Shown here piece by piece: positions 20,901 through 32,123 of a DNA stretch of 64,000 nucleotides. The notes under the pieces were generated by a model. It saw nothing but the letters and a program-made list of their open reading frames with translations. It searched no databases and was not told the DNA's origin. This stretch comes from Macrostomum hystrix (Eukaryota > Animalia > Platyhelminthes). Every line of letters begins with the position of its first letter. Position 1 is the stretch's first letter. The DNA lies in the NCBI GenBank assembly GCA_950097015.1, contig CATNEN010000011.1:3410001-3474000 (forward strand), in the 5' to 3' direction. Position numbers and translations under genes: made by a program.

Positions 20901-23900
20901 GACAGTCTCTTCCCTGACAGTCTCTTCCCTGACAGTCTCTTCCCTAACAGTCTCTTCCCTGACAGTCTCTTCCCTGACAGTCTCTTCACTGACAGTCTCT
21001 TCCCTGACAGTCTCTTCCCTAACAGTCTCTTCCCTGACAGTCTCTTCCCTAACAGTCTCTTCCCTGACAGTCTCTTCCCTGACAGTCTCTTCACTGACAG
21101 TCTCTTCCCTGGCAGTCTCTTCCCTGACAGTCTCTTCCCTGACAATCTCTTCCCTGACAGTCTTTTCCTTGACAGTCTCTTCCCTGACAGTCTCTTCCCT
21201 GACATTCTTTTCCCTGACAATCTCTTCCCTGACAGTCTCTTCCCTGACAGTCTTTTCCCTGACAGTCTCTTCCCTGACAGTCTCTTCCCTGACAGACTCT
21301 TCCCTGACAGACTCTTCCCTGACAGACTCTTCCCTGACAGTCTCTTCCCTGACAGTCTCTTCCCTGACAGTCTCTTCCCTGACAGTATCTTCCCTGACAG
21401 TCTCTTCCCTGACAGTCTCTTCACTGACAGTCTCTTCCCTGACAGTCTCTTCCCTGACAGTCTCTTCCCTGACAGTCTCTTCACTGACAGTCTCTTCCCT
21501 GACAGTCTCTTCCCTGACAGTCTCTTCCCTGACAGTCTCTTCCCTGACAGTCTCTTCCCTGACAGTCTCTTCCCTGACAGTCTCTTCCCTGACAGTCTCT
21601 ACCCTGACAGTCTTTGACTTACTTAACTTAGCTGCAGGGTGGTCCATGGACGCAGCGGGCAGGCGAGGATCGCCCATACCGCTAACCCCTGTAGGCCCGC
21701 AAACAGGCAAGGGCGCGGGGCCGGTCAGGGTGGTCCGCCGGTCCGTCCTGCAGCGTTGTCTTCCGTAGGGAAGAACGTGGCTCGTCTTGTTGCCCGGAGG
21801 AACTGGACGAGCCGTGGAATGCTGTCGGGCTGGCAGATCTCGTCCATAGACGGGTTGGGCCCGAGGTAGCGTAGCCGGTCTCTGTTAAAGAAAGGGCAAT
21901 TGACACACAAAGTGCTCAGCATCTTCGTTGTCGTACTCACAGAATGGGCAGAGTTCACTCTGAAGGTCGCCCCGGAGGAAACAGTGCCTAGCGATGTAGC
22001 CGTGGCCCGTGAGGGTCATGGCGAGGGCGCGGATATCCTTCCGGTTTAGGTTCAAAAGGATGTTCCTAAGCCTGCGAGACGGGCGCGTAACTGCGGCACA
22101 GTTCTGCGGAACCGCGGATTGCCGACAGTTCTGGGTGCCCGCCCATCTGTCCCTGTGGAGGGACTCAGCCCAGTCATCAATAAGGCGGTTGATGACCGTG
22201 ATGGGGATCGGGACCATGGCAGCAGGGCCCAGGAGAGAGCCAGAGCCACCTTGCTTGGCAAGGGTATCCGCAAGCTCGTTCCCTGGGAAGCCCGCATGCC
22301 CTGGGATCCAGCGCAGCCTGACCGTGTTGTTACTGGCCAGGAGGTTGAGTTGCCGGGCACAGTCAGCGACTGTCCGGTGTCCGGGAGCGCGTGGTGGTGC
22401 GGCAAAGGGCTTTTAAGGCCGCTTGGCTGTCAGAGTGGATGATGATAGTCTCTCCTCTCGTGTTCCTGGCATTCAGCTCTGCGGCACAGGAGCTGATGGC
22501 AAGGATTTCATTCTGGAAGACCGTAGATCTTCGGTCTTCCAGAAGGCTCTTCGGAAGGCCGCTATCTTTCAAGTCTCGAAAGCACAGATCGGTGTGAGGC
22601 AGAAGTTTGCACTTTGCCATTGCTCTTTGCGGCGTGAAGCGGACGCCGGCGTCAATGAGCCGACGCGCTGTTTTAGCGGCTTCCCTGCGGACAAAAATGT
22701 CCAACGGGGGAGCGTCGAGGTAGGCATTGAGGCCGTCGTAAGGAGCAGACGGTGGGGCACTCATGGTCATGCGACAGGCGCGCCCTTGCGTTTTCCTAAG
22801 CGCCTCCAGGCAGGTCTTCATCGGCAGGGCGCTGGCCCAGATCAAGCTGCCGTACGAGACAGCTGGCCTGACCATTGCAGTATAGATCCACCAGAGGCGC
22901 TTGGGGGTGAGCCCCCAGGTGGTGCCAACGGCCCATCGCAGCTGCACGAGGATCGCGAGGGCCCTCTTGGTTTTGGTTTGAACATGGGGAGACCAGTTCA
23001 GCCTATGGTCCAAGGTGATTATTAGGCATTTGGTTTGCTTACAGAAGGAGATTTCCTTACCGTAAAGCCGAAGCGGCTGTATCTGCCACTTGTTTCTGCT
23101 GGTGAACATGATCACTGCAGTCTTGGTCTCGGAGAGCTTCAGACCACAGCGACCCGCCCATTGTTCAGCAGAGTGGATGAAATTCTAAAGGAGGTCCCTG
23201 AGAGTATCAGGGGATGGGCCAGACGCCACAGCAGTGACATCGTCCGCATAACCCACCTTCAGGATTGGGTCAGGACGAGCGTCTCGGAGGAGCTCGTCAA
23301 TGACCATGTTCCAGAGAATAGGAGAGAGAACCCCTCCCTGCGGGCTCCCTTTGCGGACGGGGACCGTCCGTTGGTGGCCCAGCAGGTTGGCAGTGACCGT
23401 GCGATGACTGATCATATGACTGATCATGATCCATCTGGTGAGGGACGAGTGAGTGTGTCTCTCACAAAGGGCTTTGCGGAACGCCTCGAAGAGGACGTTG
23501 TCAAAGGCACCATCAATGTCCAGGAAGACACTTAAGGCGAAGCCGGTGCCAAGCACAGCTTTTTCCAATTTGTCGACCAGAACGTGCAGCGCGCTTTCGG
23601 TGGAGCGACCCGCCCGAAAGCATGCTGGTTGTCGCTGAGCGGCGCGTTCTTCAGTTCCACTGAGAGAATGCGCCAAAGCACAAGTCTCTCCATCAGCTTG
23701 ACCAGGAAGGTGGTTAGGCTGATTGGTCTGAAGGATTTAATGGACTGGTAGTCCGGGCGGCCTGGCTTCGGGATAAAAATCACCTTCGCCTCGGTCCATG
23801 CCTGCGGGACGTACCCGAGCGTGATGCAGGCTCGATAGAGGCTGCAAAGAGAGCGCAGGAAACCTGGGCATTTAACCGCCTCTCTAAGAAAAGCAGGTAC

Positions 23901-26647
23901 GATGCCATCAGGCCCTGGAGCCTTAAAAGGCTTAAAGGAGGTGGCCGCTTTAACGATGCGGTCCTCCGTGATGATAGAGGCAACAAGCATCTGGCCTCCC
24001 TCAGTGTGGTCTGAGGTGGTCGGGTTGGTTGGGGAAGAAGGCAGAGAGCATGACCTCAAGCGACCCCTGGGTTTTCAGTTGACGTGCCATCGGTTCGCTT
24101 TACCGAGGAGAGCTTGGACATTTTGTCCAGCGTAAGTGCTTTGACAATCCTGGAGGTGGGACGAGAGCCCTCTAGCTCCTCGCAGTATTGACGCCACTTC
24201 TGGGCCTTGGCAGTCCTGATCTCCCTCTTGAACTCATGGATGGCTTCAAGGTAGGCGGTCTGGTCTGCAGGGCTCCTGGTTTTGTTTGCTCTGCGGTGTA
24301 ATTTCTTCGCTCTGCGACGGAGGTCGCCGAGCTCAGGATTCCACCACGGCGCAGATGTCTTCCCTTTGTAGGCTTTTAGGGGACAGGCTGCCTCGAAGGC
24401 GGCGGTTAGCGTTTCTGTTAAAACAGTCGCGCACTCGTCCGCTTCTCGGCACATCGAAATAGTGGGTGGTTGGCCCGAAGACCGATGGGTTGCCTACAGG
24501 GCATGCCTGAAGGCTTCCCGATCAGTATTTCTGGCGTTCCGTCTCCACGTGATGTGGTTAAGGCTGCGAGCGCTCGCCACACGAAAGTGAATGAACTTAT
24601 GGTCAGAGAGGGACGGCACCAGGAGCACGCGCCACTCCCCAATACTCTGAAAGAGCTTGGGTGAAGCGAGTGTGGCGTCAATCACCTCTGACCAGCGTCC
24701 ATTGTCGAAGGTAGGTCTAGACCCGGAGTTTAGGCAAGGGTAGACAAGGGTCGTAGAGGCAACATAGGACAGGAGGTCTTCGCCTCTCTGGTTTATCCCT
24801 GTGCTGCCCCAGTGGGTATGGTGGGCGTTGACGCCGGCGACCATGAGCTCGTAGTTCCTGGCAGAGCAGAGTTCAACCAGGGTGGAGAGCGTCCGGGGGA
24901 CGACCGCTGCGTCACCTGGTAGGTAAACCGAGGCAACGAGGGTGGTTTTCCCAGGCAGCAGATCCTCAGATTGAATGACGCAGATATCCCCGTTAGACAG
25001 GTCGAATCTGAGCCAAGCACCGAGGGTTTTGGCCCCGAAGATACAGGCTCTAGGTGGCCGGTTCGCCTCGCGGGGGCTAACGCAGAAGCAGTTGTACCCA
25101 GAAGGCACGTTTTGGGGCTTACCTTTGGAGGTCCACGGCTCCTGGACTTGGATGAGACCCGGCTTGTCGAGCTCGGCTTGACGCATCAGGTTAGCCGAAG
25201 CTGCGACGCTGTGTTGCAGATTAATCTGCACGCAGCAAATACCTGGACTGCTGATCATGGCCGCGCAGTCGGGGAGTCGCGTAGCAATTTCTCATCTTCC
25301 TTTTCGGAGATGGAAGGCTCGCATAGCTCCATGGGAATCTCGGCGTCCCCGGCGGTCAGAGTGGCTGAGGAGCCCTGCCCAGACATGACATTTGCCCAGC
25401 ATGAGTGTCTCCCTCGCCGTCCCTTTGCGTCGTGACGCCGATACTGCCCAGGCTCGCCTCGTCGGTCAGGTCAACGTGGATGGCGCTATCCGCCTGGTGA
25501 GTGCTAGCCTCAAACCAGTCAGTCCGCGCCTCTCCTCGTCGCTCCTGCCCCACTGGCTGCTTCGGTGGAGCGTTCGATGTGTGGACCCGCTCGAGGTGCG
25601 CCCTGAGAGTCCTGGCTTGTTCCAGCGCTCGCTGGACCAGCCCAGATCTCCGGGTGGACCTGGCAGGCCTGCGGTCGCGAGGTCCGGATTCGGCAGCGCG
25701 AGCTGCTTTACCGGTGGGGGGATCCACCGTTTGCCTCTGCTTCTTCGCCGGAGGAGCTTGCGCCCCGGATCCAGACTCAGGAGCTTTGGCTTTTTTGGCT
25801 TCGCCAGCTTTCCGCTCCTCGCAGCGGAGGATGGTCAGCTGAGTTAGACCAAGGTGAATGATGGACTTTGGCGGCAAGCTCTTGGTCCACGCATCCGAGA
25901 GCCCCAGGATCACCGTGAACCCCGTCTCCTTGCGGGAGGAGGCATGGTAAAGGAGCCCGTTGGCCTTAAGGTCGGGGTGCAGCTTCAGCAGAATCTGCCT
26001 AAGCTGATCCCTAGATTTGATGGCACTGCCATTCGGAATGCAAACGCGGAAGGCGTTGGTCTTCGCTGGCGAAGGTGAGCTTGCCGAGCTTCTTAGGCCA
26101 CTCTAGCTGTGGCAGAAGCTCGCTCGGCTGCTTTCCTCCGAGTTGCACCAGATGAAAATGCAGCCGTCCGTTTTGGCCGATTTGACCACGCTCACCGGGC
26201 GGCCTGCCAGGAGCTGGTCAATGAGCGCAGCGCTGTTGGGTCATCCAGCGCTGTTGCCCATTCTGTCCGGCTGCCCTAGGGTCAGCCTTGAACACTCGCG
26301 GGACGTGTACCCATGGGTCAGCTGACGGGACAACGTGGAGAGGATTCCTGCACCCGAAGGCACAGGGCTCCTTCCTGCCAAGCCTGCTCAAAAAGCGACT
26401 GCAGGTGTGAGGCATCGCAGACCTTAGCCCGTGAGCCTGGACTGACTCATACCTCACAGGCGTTGTGTCCCGCCGGTGCGAGCTCCCTGACAGTCTCTTC
26501 TCTTTTTCAGTGCTTACGGAATTTATCAGTGTTTTTCTCCAAGTGGAGAATGAATTTCCTATCTGCCCAGGTCCATACTGGTCCGGGAAATTGGGGTTTG
26601 CGGTTCCAGTTTCTACATACAGAGCTCCATGATCTCCCATATGGTCA
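17910..26647 (-). CDS. Tentative spliced gene 3' part with cNMP-binding-domain-like motifs; its intron hosts the 15-bp array and the LINE
   Basis: Candidate exons are 26647-26518, 18070-18009 and 17952-17910, with GT-AG sites, consistent phases, and AATAAA 24 nt after the stop. They give DHMGDHGALYVETG...YGPGQIGNSFSTWRKTLINSQSSAEVVAVNKMEMKNLLGRQPSTVKLKFTDFLF*. Upstream exons at 26678-28372 are ambiguous. Confidence 0.4.
18115..21613. repeat. 3.5-kb 15-bp minisatellite (ccctgacagtctctt), about 230 units
   Basis: Direct units with variants ctct, cact, cccc and cctttatagtatttt. A 630-bp higher-order duplication is present. Confidence 0.98.
21885..25258 (-). pseudogene. LINE ORF2, frameshifted, with an internal deletion before RNase H
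   Basis: APE: QINLQHSVAASANL, VQEPW, SDHKFI. RT: FKAPGPDGI, FRPISL, FLDIDGAFDN, GSPQGGVLSP, YADD. RNase H: STVFQNEILAI, HSDSQAAL, WIPGHAGFPGNELAD. C-terminal: LTGHG...CPFC...EHFVC. The ORF is split over at least 6 fragments. Confidence 0.9.
25260..26400 (-). pseudogene. LINE ORF1 remnant
   Basis: GC-rich fragments upstream of APE (e.g. LIDQLLAGRPVSVVKSAKTDGCIFIWC; ILGLSDAWTKSL). The call rests on position; boundaries are approximate. Confidence 0.55.
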
Positions 26648-27344
26648 CTTTGTTATTTACTTTAGTCTATGACTCACTGATAAGGACACCTGTGTCTTAT
26701 CTTGTCCCAGTTGAACTACGAGTAGTTATTCTTTTGTGATTCTCGGGCCCAACTCCACAAGCGGGCACTTGCAATTTCCATTTCTGCAAATTTAAGAGCA
26801 ACTCAAGCACAAACAGCACCGCACAGCGGGTGCCACACTGAGAGAACAAAATGGGGAATTGGCCAGATTGTACGTGGGGAGAAAAAATCGTCAGGGCTGC
26901 TACACACATGCACACACTCGCACGACCCTATAAAACTGCTTTTCAGAGCATTGCTAGCAGCCGGAACTCAGCGCTACTCTCATGCCACTCATATAGGGGA
27001 CTCAACCGCTTCCCCATTCCCCCCTCAGAAATCCCATTTATTAATACAATATTTTTACTTCCCATTTTAGAAAGCAGAAACATAAACAACCAGCAATAGA
27101 TAGGACTGTGTATTGCAGTTTAGCATCGTAGTAAAGTTTATCATCCGATAATTTATGACTTTAAGCTCTTCTGAGATTCCTGAGCTTTCAGCGACTGAAA
27201 AGCTTGCATTTTTATTGGTGAGTTGATTTTTTTGGTTATTCACTTTCACCTGATCAGAATTTTGTTTCTCGGTTCCTTTTTTCGAAACATTTTTGTGCTA
27301 AATCTTTTGGTAGCTTCAAACAAATCTTTTCTGAGTCGTCCGTT

Positions 27345-28050
27345 TCTATCTCTTCTCTTCTCTCTCATCTCTACTCTCTCCTCTCTCCTCTCTCCTCTCT
27401 CCTCTCATCTTGTCTCTCTCATCTTGTCTCTCTCATCTTGTCTCTCTCATCTTGCCTCTCTCATCTTGTCTCTCTCATCTTTTCTCTCACATCTTGTCTC
27501 TCTCACCTGGTCTCTCTCATCTTGTCTCTCTCATCTTGTCTCTCTCATCTTGTCTCTCTCATCTTGTCTCTCTCATCTTGTCTCTCTCATGTTGTCTCGC
27601 TCATCTTGTCTCTCTCATCTTGTCTCTCTCATCTTGTCTCTCTCACCTTGTCTCTCTCATCTTGTCTCTCTCATCTTGTCTCTCTCATCTTGTCTCTCTC
27701 ATCTTGTCTCTCTCATCTTGTCTCTCTCATCTTGTCTCTCTCACCTTGTCTCTCTCATCTTGTCTCTCTCATCTTGTCTCTCTCATCTTGTCTCTCTCAT
27801 CTTGTCTCTCTCATCTTGTCTCTCTCATCTTGTCTCTCTCATCTTGTCTCTCTCATCTTGTCTCTCTCATCTTGTCTCTCTCATCTTGTCTCTCTCATCT
27901 TGTCTCTCTCCTCTTGTCTCTCTCATCTTGTCTCTCTCATCTTGTCTCTTTCCTCTCTTCTCTCTCCTCTCTTCTCTCTCCTCTCTTCTCTCTCCTCTCT
28001 CCTCTCTCCTCTTGTCTCTCTCCTCTTTACTCTCTTCTCTCTCCTCTCTC
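27345..28050. repeat. 14-bp pyrimidine-rich minisatellite (tctctcatcttgtc)
   Basis: Direct units are visible. Confidence 0.95.
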
Positions 28051-28539
28051 CAATATTCCTCCTTTCCTATTTCTCCACATTCTTATATTTATTATATATT
28101 TTCTCTTGCACAGATTATTAATACAGAGTTTAGCTCAGTGAAATTTCTGCCTTTTTCACTCAACCTGACAAAATCCACTTTAACGGAGAGCGCGTAGTTC
28201 TGGGACAAAAGAGAAAATCAATAATTTCTTCTCCAGCCTAGCCAGTGATTTGCAGACACTCACATAGAATTTGATTCTGCACTGAAAACTGGCAATGAGA
28301 ATAGCTAGTTACTGACTAAGCAAGCTTTCTTTGTAGAATTTACACATTAAATCATTTTCCGTAGTCAAAAGCTGAAAAGGGACATTAGTAGGGACATTGG
28401 AGACTCTAGAAGAATGATAAGAGAAGGACAAAACAGTACGGAAAATGCAAAAAGGAGGAAGATAAGGGGGACAGACTAACAAGGAGAAAAATCCTAAAAA
28501 TCCAAAATTGGAAAAAAGAGGAGAGAAGAGAGGAGAAGG

Positions 28540-31500
28540 GTGAGATGAGAGAGGAGAGAGAACAGAGGAGAAGGGTGAGATGAGAGAGGAGAGAGAACAG
28601 AGGAGAAGGGTGAGATGAGAGAGGAAAGAGAACAGAGGAGAGAGGAGAGAGAACAGAGGAGAGAGGAGAGAGAACAGAGGAGAGAGGAGTGAGGAGAGAG
28701 AACAGAGGAGAGAGAACAGAGGAGAGAGGAGAGAGAACAGAGGAGAGAGGAGAGAGAACAGAGGAGAGAGGAGAGAGAACAGAGGAGAGAGGAGAGAGAA
28801 CAGAGGAGAGAGAATAGAGGAGAGAGAACAGAGGAGAGAGAACAGAGGAGAGAGAACAGAGGAGAGAGAACAGAGGAGAGAGAACAGAGGAGAGAGAACA
28901 GAGGAGAGAGAACAGAGGAGAGAGAATAGAGGAGAGAGAACAGAGGAGAGAGAACAGAGGAGAGAGAACAGAGGAGAGAGAACAGAGGAGAGAGGAGAGA
29001 GAACAGAGGAGAGAGGAGAGAGAACAGAGGAGAGAGAACAGAGGAGAGAGAACAGAGGAGAGAGAACAGAGGAGAGAGGAGAGAGAACAGAGGAGAGAGA
29101 ACAGAGGAGAGAGGAGAGAGAACAGAGGAGAGAGAACAGAGGAGAGAGAACAGAGGAGAGAGAACAGAGGAGAGAGAACAGAGGAGAGAGAACAGAGGAG
29201 AGAGAACAGAGGAGAGAGAACAGAGGAGAGAGAACAGAGGAGAGAGAACAGAGGAGAGAGAACAGAGGAGAGAGAACAGAGGAGAGAGAACAGAGGAGAG
29301 AGAACAGAGGAGAGAGAATAGAGGAGAGAGAACAGAGGAGAGAGAACAGAGGAGAGAGAACAGAGGAGAGAGAACAGAGGAGAGAGAACAGAGGAGAGAG
29401 AACAGAGGAGAGAGAACAGAGGAGAGAGAACAGAGGAGAGAGAACAGAGGAGAGAGAACAGAGGAGAGAGAACAGAGGAGAGAGAACAGAGGAGAGAGAA
29501 CAGAGGAGAGAGAACAGAGGAGAGAGAACAGAGGAGAGAGGAGAGAGAACAGAGGAGAGAGAACAGAGGAGAGAGGAGAGAGAACAGAGGAGAGAGAACA
29601 GAGGAGAGAGAACAGAGGAGAGAGAATAGAGGAGAGAGAACAGAGGAGAGAGAACAGAGGAGAGAGAACAGAGGAGAGAGAACAGAGGAGAGAGAACAGA
29701 GGAGAGAGAACAGAGGAGAGAGAATAGAGGAGAGAGAACAGAGGAGAGAGAACAGAGGAGAGAGAACAGAGGAGAGAGAACAGAGGAGAGAGAACAGAGG
29801 AGAGAGAACAGAGGAGAGAGAACAGAGGAGAGAGAACAGAGGAGAGAGAACAGAGGAGAGAGAATAGAGGAGAGAGAACAGAGGAGAGAGAACAGAGGAG
29901 AGAGAACAGAGGAGAGAGAACAGAGGAGAGAGGAGAGAGAACAGAGGAGAGAGAACAGAGGAGAGAGGAGAGAGAACAGAGGAGAGAGAACAGAGGAGAG
30001 AGAACAGAGGAGAGAGAATAGAGGAGAGAGAACAGAGGAGAGAGAACAGAGGAGAGAGAACAGAGGAGAGAGAACAGAGGAGAGAGAACAGAGGAGAGAG
30101 AACAGAGGAGAGAGAACAGAGGAGAGAGAACAGAGGAGAGAGAACAGAGGAGAGAGAACAGAGGAGAGAGAACAGAGGAGAGAGAACAGAGGAGAGAGAA
30201 CAGAGGAGAGAGGAGAGAGAACAGAGGAGAGAGAACAGAGGAGAGAGAACAGAGGAGAGAGAACAGAGGAGAGAGGAGAGAGAACAGAGGAGAGAGAACA
30301 GAGGAGAGAGGAGAGAGAACAGAGGAGAGAGAACAGAGGAGAGAGAACAGAGGAGAGAGAACAGAGGAGAGAGAACAGAGGAGAGAGAACAGAGGAGAGA
30401 GAACAGAGGAGAGAGAACAGAGGAGAGAGAACAGAGGAGAGAGAACAGAGGAGAGAGAACAGAGGAGAGAGAACAGAGGAGAGAGAACAGAGGAGAGAGA
30501 ACAGAGGAGAGAGAACAGAGGAGAGAGAACAGAGGAGAGAGAACAGAGGAGAGAGAACAGAGGAGAGAGAACAGAGGAGAGAGAACAGAGGAGAGAGAAC
30601 AGAGGAGAGAGAACAGAGGAGAGAGAACAGAGGAGAGAGAACAGAGGAGAGAGAACAGAGGAGAGAGAACAGAGGAGAGAGAACAGAGGAGAGAGAACAG
30701 AGGAGAGAGAACAGAGGAGAGAGAACAGAGGAGAGAGGAGAGAGAACAGAGGAGAGAGGAGAGAGAACAGAGGAGAGAGAACAGAGGAGAGAGAACAGAG
30801 GAGAGAGAACAGAGGAGAGAGAATAGAGGAGAGAGAACAGAGGAGAGAGAACAGAGGAGAGAGAACAGAGGAGAGAGAACAGAGGAGAGAGAACAGAGGA
30901 GAGAGAATAGAGGAGAGAGAACAGAGGAGAGAGAACAGAGGAGAGAGGAGAGAGAACAGAGGAGAGAGAACAGAGGAGAGAGAATAGAGGAGAGAGAACA
31001 GAGGAGAGAGAACAGAGGAGAGAGAACAGAGGAGAGAGAACAGAGGAGAGAGAACAGAGGAGAGAGAACAGAGGAGAGAGAACAGAGGAGAGAGAACAGA
31101 GGAGAGAGAACAGAGGAGAGAGAACAGAGGAGAGAGAACAGAGGAGAGAGAACAGAGGAGAGAGAACAGAGGAGAGAGAACAGAGGAGAGAGAACAGAGG
31201 AGAGAGAACAGAGGAGAGAGAACAGAGGAGAGAGAACAGAGGAGAGAGAACAGAGGAGAGAGAACAGAGGAGAGAGAACAGAGGAGAGAGAACAGAGGAG
31301 AGAGAACAGAGGAGAGAGAACAGAGGAGAGAGAACAGAGGAGAGAGAACAGAGGAGAGAGAACAGAGGAGAGAGAACAGAGGAGAGAGAACAGAGGAGAG
31401 AGAACAGAGGAGAGAGGAGAGAGAACAGAGGAGAGAGGAGAGAGAACAGAGGAGAGAGAACAGAGGAGAGAGAACAGAGGAGAGAGAACAGAGGAGAGAG

Positions 31501-31930
31501 AATAGAGGAGAGAGAACAGAGGAGAGAGAACAGAGGAGAGAGAACAGAGGAGAGAGAACAGAGGAGAGAGGAGAGAGAACAGAGGAGAGAGGAGAGAGAA
31601 CAGAGGAGAGAGAACAGAGGAGAGAGGAGAGAGAACAGAGGAGAGAGAACAGAGGAGAGAGAATAGAGGAGAGAGAACAGAGGAGAGAGAACAGAGGAGA
31701 GAGAACAGAGGAGAGAGAACAGAGGAGAGAGAATAGAGGAGAGAGAACAGAGGAGAGAGAACAGAGGAGAGAGAACAGAGGAGAGAGAACAGAGGAGAGA
31801 GAACAGAGGAGAGAGGAGAGAGAACAGAGGAGAGAGGAGAGAGACAAGAGGAGAAAAAGACTGGAGAGAGGAAAGACAAGAGAGGAGAGAGAATAGATGA
31901 GAGAGGAGAGAGGAGAGAAGTGAGAGGTAG
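28540..31930. repeat. 3.3-kb 14-bp purine-rich minisatellite (gagagagaacagag, with 7-bp ggagaga sub-units)
   Basis: Direct units are visible. They explain the 1157-aa and 1179-aa low-complexity ORFs. Confidence 0.98.
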
Positions 31931-32123
31931 TGAGAAGAGAGAAGATACGATAAAACAGAGGGAGGTTAGGAAGAGGATGAAGTATTCTAATTATTGTGAG
32001 GGACTCAGGGAGTATAAAAACAGAAAAAAACACAGATTTGCATAGTTAATTCGTATTGCTTTTTCATGACTTGAACTGTAACTAACAGTCGATTCGTTCA
32101 TAGTTTCGTTTGTCCTAGTTGCC

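Larger units (their letters stand above)
21614..26484 (-). mobile_element. Decayed non-LTR retrotransposon with APE-RT-RNase H-CCHC (LOA/R1/I-group-like)
   Basis: Flanked by ccctgacagtct at 21602-21613 and 26485-26496 (candidate 12-bp TSD). The 3' tail reads taagttaagtaagtcaa. ORF fragments carry APE, RT, RNase H and Zn-finger motifs. Confidence 0.92.

Noticed and set aside
18115-21613. Interstitial telomere
   Set aside because: Only a TCAGGG sub-motif occurs within a 15-bp unit, and there are no (TTAGGG)n runs.
18101-21768. Long ORFs (833, 347, 359 and 224 aa) such as (DSLFP)n and (REETV)n
   Set aside because: These are translations of a 15-bp minisatellite, open in several frames on both strands.
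26511-28340. Plus-strand exon chain from strong-looking acceptors at 26510, 27070 and 28110
   Set aside because: The candidate exon 27071-27217 has stops in all three frames and no coherent chain was found. Non-coding 5' exons of MFSD2 are not excluded.
28406-32033. 1157-aa and 1179-aa Leu/Ser-rich ORFs
   Set aside because: They are artefacts of the 14-bp GA array, which lacks stop codons.
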